From: Elusimicrobiota bacterium
GTDB lineage: Bacteria; Elusimicrobiota; Elusimicrobia; 2-01-FULL-59-12; JACPXA01
Assembly (NCBI GenBank): GCA_016196785.1
Contig: JACPXA010000263.1
Location: 1 to 32,066, forward strand
DNA: 32,066 bases
Reading direction: 5' to 3'
A program made the translations under genes and the position numbers. The notes below the pieces were generated by a model that worked only from the letters and a program-made list of their open reading frames with translations, was not told where the DNA came from and made no database searches. Below are positions 1 to 7,385 of this stretch, one piece after another (the first letter of the stretch is position 1; every line of letters begins with the position of its first letter).

Positions 1-111
1 GCTTTAGATACACGTCTTGCTACTCCCATCATTCAAACTATCAAAGATGGATCGCTAGTGTTTGCTTATTATCCTGATGATAAGTGGTTGAAGAAGTCTA
101 GATTTTTGTAA
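1..111 (+). CDS. 3' end of an ORF cut by the window edge (..ALDTRLATPIIQTIKDGSLVFAYYPDDKWLKKSRFL*), function unknown
   Basis: Frame 1 is open from nt 1 to TAA at 109-111. 26 of 37 codons end in A/T, unlike everything downstream of ~117. Confidence 0.3.
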   Translation, partial: ALDTRLATPIIQTIKDGSLVFAYYPDDKWLKKSRFL

Positions 112-120
112 GTTCTTACT

Positions 121-156
121 CCCTCTCCCCTTGCGGGAGAGGGTGGGGGTGAGGGG
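121..156. repeat. GC-rich hairpin repeat (CCCTCTCCC-cttgc-GGGAGAGGG plus G-rich tail), related to the copy at 29811-29865
   Basis: Perfect 9-bp stem 121-129/135-143 with a 5-nt loop, followed by TGGGGGTGAGGGG. Sits exactly at the composition break. Confidence 0.6.
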
Positions 157-240
157 AAGCCTCAGCTCGCTGTCCTTGTCGCTGGTGGGTTCCATACCCC
201 AGGCATCACCCGTTGGTTCGAGGATCACCACTACCCCTAC

Positions 241-2730
241 TTGGTCATCACCCCTTACATCACCCAGGGAGAGCGCAGTGGCCCGTCGTCCTTAGATCGC
301 CTTCGTGGGGCGACGAACCCGTTGGAGCGGTTCTTCCTGGGCGAACAGATCTCGCTCAAGGACCCGTTAGCCACAGCCCGTCATCCCGTTCCGGGGTTTG
401 ACTACAAGGTTCAAACCCTGGGAGCACGGTTTGTGAGCGGCCAGTTTATGGATCTTGAAAGAAGCCCTGAGAAGATCAAGGCAGAAGCTCAGCGGGCGAG
501 ATTCCCAGGATTCGACCACATTGACGTGCGGACCCGGGAAGAGTTTCCAGATAGCCGGTCAGTAGAGCTCCTCTTGAACCCCACGTTCCGACTTCGGCTT
601 GAGGCGGTTCGAGAGGGGGCCGACCCTATGAAACGTTCCAGAGCTCATTCACTCGCTCGGTCTCACCAACACCCCCCGTTGGCCAAACTCCACGCCGCAG
701 GCTACCTGGGGTGGCTCTATGCCCAAGAGGTTGGCTGGTGGAAGCAATTGGTGCACCTGCTCCCCACGGGGCTAGGGAGTGGATTCCTCTGGTGGGCAGG
801 CATCCTCCTGGTGCTGGCGCAGGTCAAACGGCTTCGGGTGATTCCTGGACTGCTCGGGGTGTTCGCTGTGGTGAGCGGGTTTGTGGCCGAGGCGTTCCTG
901 GTTTTTCACCCCCTGATTGAGGGAAGCAGCCTCCTCGTCCTCTTGGGGATGGACCGGCAGGAAGATCCAGATTTTACCCAAGGACGCATCGCACGGATTA
1001 GTGAGCTCTCAAGCAATGACGTCAGTCAAGAACTGCGAAGGTGGGAGGAGGATCCCCAGACAGTGGCCCCTGTCATCCTGAAAGGATTCTTCCTGCACAA
1101 GAACTCAGATGTTCGGGCAGCGACTCGGCGGGTCCTCTCGCGACTTTTGACAGACACCTCGATATCCTCAGGGGTTTTTCAGCAGTTTGTTCAGAACGTT
1201 CACGAGGCGTTGAGCGATCTCATGACGTTACACCTAGAACGTCAGAAAGCGGAAGACTGGGCATCGGAGGACTACTATCCAGAGCGGATTGAGGGCGTGA
1301 AAATGCTTGGGGAGTCTCTGGCTCACCATCCAGACGAGGAGCGGCTCCTTGAGCGGCTGGTGCAGTTCTTGGGTGACCTCCGATTGGAAGTCAAGGATGA
1401 GGCGTTCAAGGAGATCGCTCGTCTTCTCTCCCTTCCTGGTCGTCCCATCGAGGTAGCGGCTCGTACGATGGAGTTCATCGCGGCCCTTATTCAGGCGGTG
1501 ATCCGTGAGGAGCCATTTGAACACCCCCCTGGATTTCCTCTGGAATACTTGCTGAACCGGGGGAAGGGGAGGGTCCAGGAATTGGGTCTTCAGTTGCTAT
1601 TGCACGGCTGGAATCAAGAGACTGAAAGGCAGTGGACGTCGGCAGGGCATCCGCCGATGTTTCCCCTGATTCTTAATGCCGCCTTTGCTGTGGCCAGCGC
1701 CCAAGATGGCCATGCGCGGGCGGTGGCCGGTCGGCTCTTGTTTACCTTAATGGAGTTCAACGTACTGGACTGGTCGGAGGCGTTGGGCCGGGATGAACGA
1801 AAGAATTTTTTGCGTCGGAGTGATGTGACCGAGGCCTTGTGGACCTACCTTTCTAGTATAGAATCAGTGTCACGGTTGCGACAAGTGGCCGGCTGGTTAT
1901 CTCAGCATGGCAGGAAGTATCTTTCAGAGAAGCGCTATGCGTATCCCCAACAATGGGCTGAGTACTTGGAGTACCTTCCCCAGCCGCTGTTTGCAGACCT
2001 TGAGGATACCGAAGTGCAGAAACTCGCGTTGGGGAGGAATCCTTTGGCTGCCCTCACGCTCTATGAGCGGCTTGACAAGCTCCTTTCTCCAGGGGAGGTT
2101 GATGATCCACAGCGGATCAAGGGCTTGATTGCTGCTATCGGCGAGATCACTCATCCGGGAAACCGTTTTGTCCTCCGCCAGTTGTGGGACACCCCGTTTC
2201 GTGAAGACGCCGAGGCTGCCTTCCAACAGACTCTGAAGTGGCGCAAACGCACTGACCTGATGGGCGACCTCCTTCCCTTCCCCTCAAACTTTAATGAGCG
2301 AGGGTACAGGATCCGAACGGCGTCCGTTGCTCTTTTTCCCTTGGGGATCGGAGGAGAGCTCATCCCCTTAGGAACGAGCTGGATGACGCCGTTCCTGGTA
2401 TGGGGGATGAACGGGGTATGGCTCGGGGTCTTGGTTGTGCTGAGGATCATCTGGCGCCTCAGGTCGCCCGGAACAAGCCCGATGAGGGGACTGATGGGAC
2501 TTGGGATGGAGAGGCGGGTCTTTCCCTACTTAACAACTGATGAGTTGAGGTCCCTGCGACTTTCCCCATGGGCTAAGCCGATGGGGGGATCCATAAACGA
2601 TCTCGCCAGAACTGGTACTCAAGTCCACGTGCCTTTCGGTGGTTTCTGGCTTGACCACCCGCTACCTTCTCTCGAGACCCGCTTACGTCAAGGAGAATCC
2701 GTCAACGACCTCCTCGCGAAGGGGACATAG
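241..2730 (+). CDS. Large orphan membrane protein with HEAT/ARM-like repeats (829 aa), no family recognised
   Basis: Long ORF. Hydrophobic helices include FLWWAGILLVLAQV, GLLGVFAVVSGFVAEAFLVF and, near the C-terminus, MTPFLVWGMNGVWLGVLVVLRIIW. HEAT-like units such as FLHKNSDVRAATRRVLSRLL. TTG 241 is merely the first in-frame start; the frame is open back to 112. Confidence 0.6.
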   Translation: MVITPYITQGERSGPSSLDRLRGATNPLERFFLGEQISLKDPLATARHPVPGFDYKVQTLGARFVSGQFMDLERSPEKIKAEAQRARFPGFDHIDVRTREEFPDSRSVELLLNPTFRLRLEAVREGADPMKRSRAHSLARSHQHPPLAKLHAAGYLGWLYAQEVGWWKQLVHLLPTGLGSGFLWWAGILLVLAQVKRLRVIPGLLGVFAVVSGFVAEAFLVFHPLIEGSSLLVLLGMDRQEDPDFTQGRIARISELSSNDVSQELRRWEEDPQTVAPVILKGFFLHKNSDVRAATRRVLSRLLTDTSISSGVFQQFVQNVHEALSDLMTLHLERQKAEDWASEDYYPERIEGVKMLGESLAHHPDEERLLERLVQFLGDLRLEVKDEAFKEIARLLSLPGRPIEVAARTMEFIAALIQAVIREEPFEHPPGFPLEYLLNRGKGRVQELGLQLLLHGWNQETERQWTSAGHPPMFPLILNAAFAVASAQDGHARAVAGRLLFTLMEFNVLDWSEALGRDERKNFLRRSDVTEALWTYLSSIESVSRLRQVAGWLSQHGRKYLSEKRYAYPQQWAEYLEYLPQPLFADLEDTEVQKLALGRNPLAALTLYERLDKLLSPGEVDDPQRIKGLIAAIGEITHPGNRFVLRQLWDTPFREDAEAAFQQTLKWRKRTDLMGDLLPFPSNFNERGYRIRTASVALFPLGIGGELIPLGTSWMTPFLVWGMNGVWLGVLVVLRIIWRLRSPGTSPMRGLMGLGMERRVFPYLTTDELRSLRLSPWAKPMGGSINDLARTGTQVHVPFGGFWLDHPLPSLETRLRQGESVNDLLAKGT

Positions 2731-2754
2731 TAGTTTCAGCATAGCGTGGCTCTC

Positions 2755-2780
2755 AAAACGGGGGAGGTAACTTCACCTCC
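2755..2780 (-). terminator. Hairpin between convergent genes, likely terminator of the minus-strand small-protein operon
   Basis: GGAGGT-aacttc-ACCTCC (2763-2780). On the minus strand it is followed by CCCGTTTTG (A-run 2755-2758 on plus). No T-run on the plus side. Confidence 0.35.
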
Positions 2781-2809
2781 AGAGTGGGGAGCGGAGCGTC
2801 TGAAGGAGA

Positions 2810-2908
2810 TTAAGGCGAGCGTTTATGTCTTCGTTGGTTGAGGACCAACACGCCAATTGCTACTACGAAGACAAACATTCCTACCCAGAAGACGAGGATG
2901 CCCCACAT
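2810..2908 (-). CDS. 32-aa single-pass hydrophobic peptide MWGILVFWVGMFVFVVAIGVLVLNQRRHKRSP (not in the ORF track)
   Basis: ATG at 2908-2906 lies 4 nt after the TAA of the upstream 101-aa ORF. It is preceded by AAGGAGG (2918-2924, minus) at 9-nt spacing. One TM helix plus a basic tail; stop at 2812-2810. Confidence 0.5.
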   Translation of the reverse strand: MWGILVFWVGMFVFVVAIGVLVLNQRRHKRSP

Positions 2909-2912
2909 GGGG

Positions 2913-3218
2913 TTATCCCTCCTTTTCTTCTTTCGCCAGCAGGGTCGCTACCACCATGGTGATGACGACGAACACCAGACCCCCGATAAAGACCCATGGT
3001 CGGAAGCCAGCCTGAGGGAGAAATTGGGCAATGACGAATCCCGTGAAGGCATAACCGCTGAGATTAAAGAGCGCTTTTGAAAGACTCTCCCGTTGCTTCT
3101 GGTCAAGTTTCAGAGTCTCCCCCTTCAGTTTAGTCGATGATCGATCCTCTGTCAAGCAGGCGAAGATCGAGAAGTCATCCTCTTGCATTAGAGGCGGTGA
3201 GGTCGTGATGTATTCCAA
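2913..3218 (-). CDS. Small two-helix membrane protein (101 aa), unknown function
   Basis: ORF with the hydrophobic C-terminal half FTGFVIAQFLPQAGFRPWVFIGGLVFVVITMVVATLL. TTG start is uncertain (internal ATG at ..PPLMQ..). Supported by the coupled downstream peptide gene. Confidence 0.5.
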   Translation of the reverse strand: MEYITTSPPLMQEDDFSIFACLTEDRSSTKLKGETLKLDQKQRESLSKALFNLSGYAFTGFVIAQFLPQAGFRPWVFIGGLVFVVITMVVATLLAKEEKEG

Positions 3219-3261
3219 TTTTTAGTACGATGTATGCACGAGGGAAGCGATCGAAATCACC

Positions 3262-4392
3262 ATGCGGCAGCGAATTGTCGTGAAAATCGGGACCGCGGTG
3301 CTGACGAAGCCTGATGGCGAGATCCATGAGGAACGGTTGGACTCGTTGGTAGACGATCTCGCCGCGCTGAAGCGGGAAGGCCATGAGCTCTTGGTGGTCA
3401 CGTCGGGGGCGATTGGAGCCGGATTTGGCCGATTGGGATTGGGAGGGCACCACCGGCCGCACAGCCTGCGGGAACGGCAGGCCGCCGCGGCGATCGGCCA
3501 GGTCTCGTTAATGGAACGGTACCAGCACCGGTTTACCAAGCATCGGATCCTGGTGGCGCAAGTGCTTCTGACCCGGCAGGATCTGGAGGACCGGCAGCGG
3601 TACCTGAACATTCGAAGCACGATCCTCACCCTCTTGGAGCTAGGAGTCGTTCCGGTCATCAACGAGAATGACACCGTGGCGGTGGAGGAAATCCAGTTCG
3701 GGGATAACGATACCTTGGCTGCGATCGTGGCCTCGAAAGTGGAGGCGTCGTTGTTGATTTTTCTCACCGATGTGCCGGGGTTGTGCGTCGGGGATCCGCG
3801 GCAGGATGCCCGTGCGGAAATCATCCGAGAAATCACCCAGATCACCCCAGCCATCGAGGCGGCGGCTCGTCGGACCCCAGGGTCCCAGGCTGGGACGGGG
3901 GGGATGTACACCAAGGTGCAGGCCGCGAAGATTGCCACAGCCAGCGGGGTTCGTCTGGTGATCGCCGATGGCCGCCAGGCAGGGGTCCTTCAGGCGGTCG
4001 TTCGAGGGCGGGCGGTCGGGACGACGTTTTTACCGCAGGAAAAAACCTTGGAAGCCCGAAAACGGTGGATTGCCTTTGGATCCAGGGTTCGGGGACAGCT
4101 CCACGTGGATCAGGGGGCCGCGGAGGCGTTGGTCCACCGAGGGAAAAGCTTGTTGCCTTCCGGGATTACACAGGTGGAAGGGGAGTTTACCGTGGGAGAT
4201 CCGGTCAGCGTGGTGGATCCACACGATCAAGAGATCGCCCGGGGGTTAGTTTCCTATGCCTCGGCGGACATTCACCGGATCAAAGGCCAGCGCACCACCC
4301 AGCTCCCCCACCTCTTGGGGGAGTCGGCGGTCTCCGAAGAGGTCATTCACCGGGACAACCTGGTGATTCTGTCCTCACCATCCGCCCACTAA
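3262..4392 (+). CDS. proB: Glutamate 5-kinase with C-terminal PUA domain
   Basis: IVVKIGTAVLT, VVTSGAIGAG, NENDTVAVEEIQFGDNDTLAA, and a PUA-like tail (GEFTVGDPVSVVD..). Confidence 0.93.
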   Translation: MRQRIVVKIGTAVLTKPDGEIHEERLDSLVDDLAALKREGHELLVVTSGAIGAGFGRLGLGGHHRPHSLRERQAAAAIGQVSLMERYQHRFTKHRILVAQVLLTRQDLEDRQRYLNIRSTILTLLELGVVPVINENDTVAVEEIQFGDNDTLAAIVASKVEASLLIFLTDVPGLCVGDPRQDARAEIIREITQITPAIEAAARRTPGSQAGTGGMYTKVQAAKIATASGVRLVIADGRQAGVLQAVVRGRAVGTTFLPQEKTLEARKRWIAFGSRVRGQLHVDQGAAEALVHRGKSLLPSGITQVEGEFTVGDPVSVVDPHDQEIARGLVSYASADIHRIKGQRTTQLPHLLGESAVSEEVIHRDNLVILSSPSAH

Positions 4393-4393
4393 G

Positions 4394-5467
4394 GTGGAGA
4401 TCGGCGTCGTCGGTCTCCCCAACGTCGGTAAATCCACGCTGTTCAACGCCTTGACCGGCGCCTCCGCCGCCGTGGAAAACTTCCCGTTTACCACGGTGGA
4501 TCCGAATGTCGGCGTCGTGTCCATCCCAGACCCTCGGTTAGCCCTCCTTGAACAGGTCTATCATCCCCAGAAACTGACGGCAGCCACCCTTCGGGTGGTG
4601 GATATCGCCGGCCTCATTCAAGGGGCCAGCCAGGGGGCGGGGCTCGGCAATCAATTCCTTTCCCATATTCGCGCGGTAGACGCGGTGGCGCTGATCGTTC
4701 GATGCTTTGCGGATCTCCAGGTAAGCCATGTCTTGGGTGAGGTGAACCCTGTCCGTGATGTGGATATCGTGTTGACCGAGCTGCTCCTCGCTGATCTCCA
4801 GCAGGCCGAGCGCGCCTGTGAGAAGGTGCGAGGGGCCGCGAGGAGCGGAGATGAAATCGCTCAGCAGACTTTGCGCACGTTGGAACAGGCGATCCAGGGG
4901 TTCAACGCGGGCACCCCCGCCCGCCGTTTGTCCCTTCCCCCGGAGACGCTGGCGCCCTTTCAGTTTCTCACGGCCAAACCCCTCTTGATCATCGCCAATC
5001 TCGCTGAGGGAGACCTGTCGCAGGGAGTCCCAGCTCCCCTTCGGGAGCGAGCCGCCCGCGAGGGTGCCGAAATCGTCCCGGTCTCAGCCAAACTGGAAGC
5101 GGAGATGGCGGAACTGTCGCCAGAGGAACGGCGGTCCTTTCGGGAGGCGCTCGGGGTGGCCACGTCAGGGGTGGATGCGGTGCTGCAGGCGATCCAACGG
5201 ACGTTAGGACTCATCCCCTTCTTTACCGTGGTCGGGACCGAGGTGCGAGCTTGGATGATCCCTAAAGGGACCTCAGCGAGCCAGGCGGCGGGCAAGATCC
5301 ACAGCGATATGGAGCGAGGGTTCATTCGCGCCGAGGTCTTTGCCGTGCAGGACCTGGCCCGGTTTGGCTCTGAGCGAGCCCTGCGAGATCAGGGACTCGT
5401 TCGCGTGGAAGGGCGAGACTACCCCGTGCGGGATGGAGACGTCCTCACCATCGCCTTCTCCCATTGA
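4394..5467 (+). CDS. ychF: Ribosome-binding ATPase YchF (Obg-like GTPase family)
   Basis: GVVGLPNVGKSTLFNALT P-loop, FPFTTVDPNVG, VDIAGLIQGASQGAGLGNQFL, and a C-terminal TGS-like domain. GTG start 1 nt after the proB stop. Confidence 0.93.
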   Translation: MEIGVVGLPNVGKSTLFNALTGASAAVENFPFTTVDPNVGVVSIPDPRLALLEQVYHPQKLTAATLRVVDIAGLIQGASQGAGLGNQFLSHIRAVDAVALIVRCFADLQVSHVLGEVNPVRDVDIVLTELLLADLQQAERACEKVRGAARSGDEIAQQTLRTLEQAIQGFNAGTPARRLSLPPETLAPFQFLTAKPLLIIANLAEGDLSQGVPAPLRERAAREGAEIVPVSAKLEAEMAELSPEERRSFREALGVATSGVDAVLQAIQRTLGLIPFFTVVGTEVRAWMIPKGTSASQAAGKIHSDMERGFIRAEVFAVQDLARFGSERALRDQGLVRVEGRDYPVRDGDVLTIAFSH

Positions 5468-5468
5468 C

Positions 5469-5497
5469 TTGCGGGGGGAGCCTGGGTTTGGTATGAT
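5469..5497 (+). promoter_or_regulatory. Putative sigma70 promoter of the rpsF operon (TTGCGG-17-TATGAT with extended -10 TG)
   Basis: TGgTATGAT at 5489-5497, TTG-containing -35 at 5469-5474. The TTTGGTA core recurs before tRNA-Tyr and tRNA-Gly. Confidence 0.4.
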
Positions 5498-5575
5498 GAG
5501 CTCTGCCACGACGCGCAGGGCGTGGCGGAGGGAATACCATCACCCTTTGCCTTCTCTAAGCCAGAGAGGGCCGAG

Positions 5576-5597
5576 CCCGCCGGAGACCGGCGGGTTT
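5576..5597 (+). promoter_or_regulatory. GC hairpin in the rpsF 5' leader (possible S6:S18 autoregulatory or attenuator element)
   Basis: CCCGCCGG-aga-CCGGCGGG (8 bp) followed by TTTGT, 27 nt upstream of the GTG start. Confidence 0.35.
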
Positions 5598-5623
5598 GTC
5601 CACAGAGGAGGTTCGACCTACCC

Positions 5624-6193
5624 GTGAACACCTATGAGACGCTGTTTGTGTGTCCCCCCGAGCTCTCCACCGAGAAAGTGGATGACATCTTGGAGAAGGT
5701 CAAGCGGGCTATCACCCGCGAAGGCGGCCAGATCCAGAAGGAGGATCGGTGGGGACTGAAGCGCTTTGCCTACTCGATCCGTGGACACCGGGAGGGGCTC
5801 TATGTGCATCTCGAGTTTGCGGCCCCTCCTTCCGTGACCCACGCCTTAGATCAGACCTTTCGGGTGTTAGAGGGGGTCCTACGTCATATCGTGTTGAGGG
5901 TGGAAGCGATCTCTCCGCGGCGGCAAGCAGCTCGCAAGAAAGAACGTGTCGGCGCGGCCGGGGCGGCAGGGGCTTCACCCTCGCATAGCCAGAGCGGGGG
6001 CGCTTCGCCTTCACCTCGGGCAGGCGGGTGGCCAGAGAGAGGCAGCGGACGAGTGGGTCGTTATTCGGGTAGCCCTTCTGGATCTCGGTCCTCCGGCGGC
6101 GGACGGACGAGTCGGGGGTCACGTGGCTCGACGACTCCAACGCAACATCCCGATGCCGCCCGCGAAGAACCCCAAGGAGGACCATCCACATGA
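5624..6193 (+). CDS. rpsF: 30S ribosomal protein S6 with a ~90-aa Gly/Ser/Arg-rich C-terminal extension
   Basis: YETLFVCPPELSTEKVDDILEKVKRAI..EDRWGLKRFAYSIRGHREGLYVHLEF. GTG 5624 is preceded by GAGGAG at 5605-5610. The track start at 5522 adds a non-S6 leader. Confidence 0.85.
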   Translation: MNTYETLFVCPPELSTEKVDDILEKVKRAITREGGQIQKEDRWGLKRFAYSIRGHREGLYVHLEFAAPPSVTHALDQTFRVLEGVLRHIVLRVEAISPRRQAARKKERVGAAGAAGASPSHSQSGGASPSPRAGGWPERGSGRVGRYSGSPSGSRSSGGGRTSRGSRGSTTPTQHPDAAREEPQGGPST

Positions 6194-6666
6194 CCATGTT
6201 ACGGTTGCACCAACTGAACGACGTGAAACTCGTGGGCCGGCTGACGCGGGATCCTGAACTCCGGTACACCCCGAAAGGCCAAGCCTTGTGCCGCTTCGAC
6301 CTCGCGGTCAACCGCCGCTATAAGGATGCGACTGGCGAATGGCGGGATGACACCGCGTTTGTCCCGGTGGTGGTGTGGCGTGAGACCGCCGAGCGGTGTC
6401 GAGATCGGCTCAAGAAGGGAAGTCCTGTCTATGTGGAAGGGCGATTGCGGAGTCGGAACTGGGAAACCAAAGACGGGCAGAAACGGTCTGGGCTGGAGGT
6501 GGACGCCCTCCGGGTGCAATTTTTAGAGCGGCTGGGAGGCGGAGTGGCCGCCGCGGCCTCAGACACTGACGAAGTGGAGGCCGAGGAGATGGCGCCGGTG
6601 GGCGCGGCTCCAACCGAGGCCCCTGAGACAGCTCTAGCCCAGGCGCAGGAAGAGGTGCCCTTTTGA
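6190..6666 (+). CDS. ssb: Single-stranded DNA-binding protein
   Basis: OB fold [50 protein letters not shown], an acidic tail ending EEVPF, and the rpsF-ssb-rpsR context. Confidence 0.9.
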   Translation: MTMLRLHQLNDVKLVGRLTRDPELRYTPKGQALCRFDLAVNRRYKDATGEWRDDTAFVPVVVWRETAERCRDRLKKGSPVYVEGRLRSRNWETKDGQKRSGLEVDALRVQFLERLGGGVAAAASDTDEVEAEEMAPVGAAPTEAPETALAQAQEEVPF

Positions 6667-6941
6667 TGGGTGAGCGGTCCTCCTCCGCGAGGAGGCCCGA
6701 CGATCGGCCGGGCCGGCCCAGGCGGTGGGGGCCTCCGAAACGGAAGGCCTGCCGGTTTTGCGTGGATCGGGTCCAGAGCATTGACTACAAGAACGTCCCG
6801 GTCCTGAAAAGTTTCGTGACGGATCGCGGGAAGATCCTATCTGGACGGCTCACGGGGACCTGCGCCGGACACCAACGGATGTTGACCCGGGCCATCAAGC
6901 GGGCACGGACCATCGCGCTCATACCGTTTACCGGCACCTAG
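6666..6941 (+). CDS. rpsR: 30S ribosomal protein S18
   Basis: [56 protein letters not shown] 6666 overlaps the ssb stop (TGATG); the track lists TTG 6663. Confidence 0.92.
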   Translation: MGERSSSARRPDDRPGRPRRWGPPKRKACRFCVDRVQSIDYKNVPVLKSFVTDRGKILSGRLTGTCAGHQRMLTRAIKRARTIALIPFTGT

Positions 6942-7385
6942 ATGAAGGTAATTTTTCTGACTGAGGTACCGCCGGACGCGAAGGCCGGCAAGATCGCTGA
7001 GGTGTCCCGCGGTTACGCGAGGAATTTTCTCTTTCCGCGCCGGCTGGCGCTGCCGGCTAGCCCCGCTAACTTAAAACGCTGGGAGGCGGAACGCCTGCGG
7101 TATGAACGCCGACGCCTCGAACGTCACCAGACCATGGAAGCCCTCGCGGGCCAGTTAGCCCAAACCACCTGCCGACTCCAGCGCCGGGCCGGGGAACAAG
7201 GAAAACTCTTTGGGGCGGTGACCGCCGCCGATCTGGCCGAGGCCTTGGCCGCTCAAGGGATCCCCATCGAGAAACGCGCCATTCGTTTAGACAAGCCGCT
7301 CAAGGCGGTCGGCACCTATACCGTGGAAGTCCACCTGTCCCGGGAACTCACCGCTACCCTGCAGGTCGAAATTGCTCATGGTTGA
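6942..7385 (+). CDS. rplI: 50S ribosomal protein L9
   Basis: MKVIFLTEV..GKIAEVSRGYARNFLFPRRLA, expected size and position. Confidence 0.92.
   Translation: MKVIFLTEVPPDAKAGKIAEVSRGYARNFLFPRRLALPASPANLKRWEAERLRYERRRLERHQTMEALAGQLAQTTCRLQRRAGEQGKLFGAVTAADLAEALAAQGIPIEKRAIRLDKPLKAVGTYTVEVHLSRELTATLQVEIAHG

Noticed and set aside
3222-3938. Long antisense ORF (238 aa) opposite proB. Similar cases: 5712-6311, 9122-9907, 12469-13137, 13261-13902 and 25872-26597, all on the minus strand
   Set aside because: These are typical high-G+C shadow ORFs: Arg/Pro/Ser/Cys-rich, with no motifs, each fully overlapping a confidently identified conserved gene on the + strand.
5522-5623. N-terminal extension of rpsF given by the ORF track (start 5522)
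   Set aside because: The extension (MAEGIPSPFAFSKPERAEPAGDRRVCPQRRFDLP) is not S6-like. It spans the leader hairpin and lacks an SD. GTG 5624 has GAGGAG upstream and gives the canonical S6 N-terminus.
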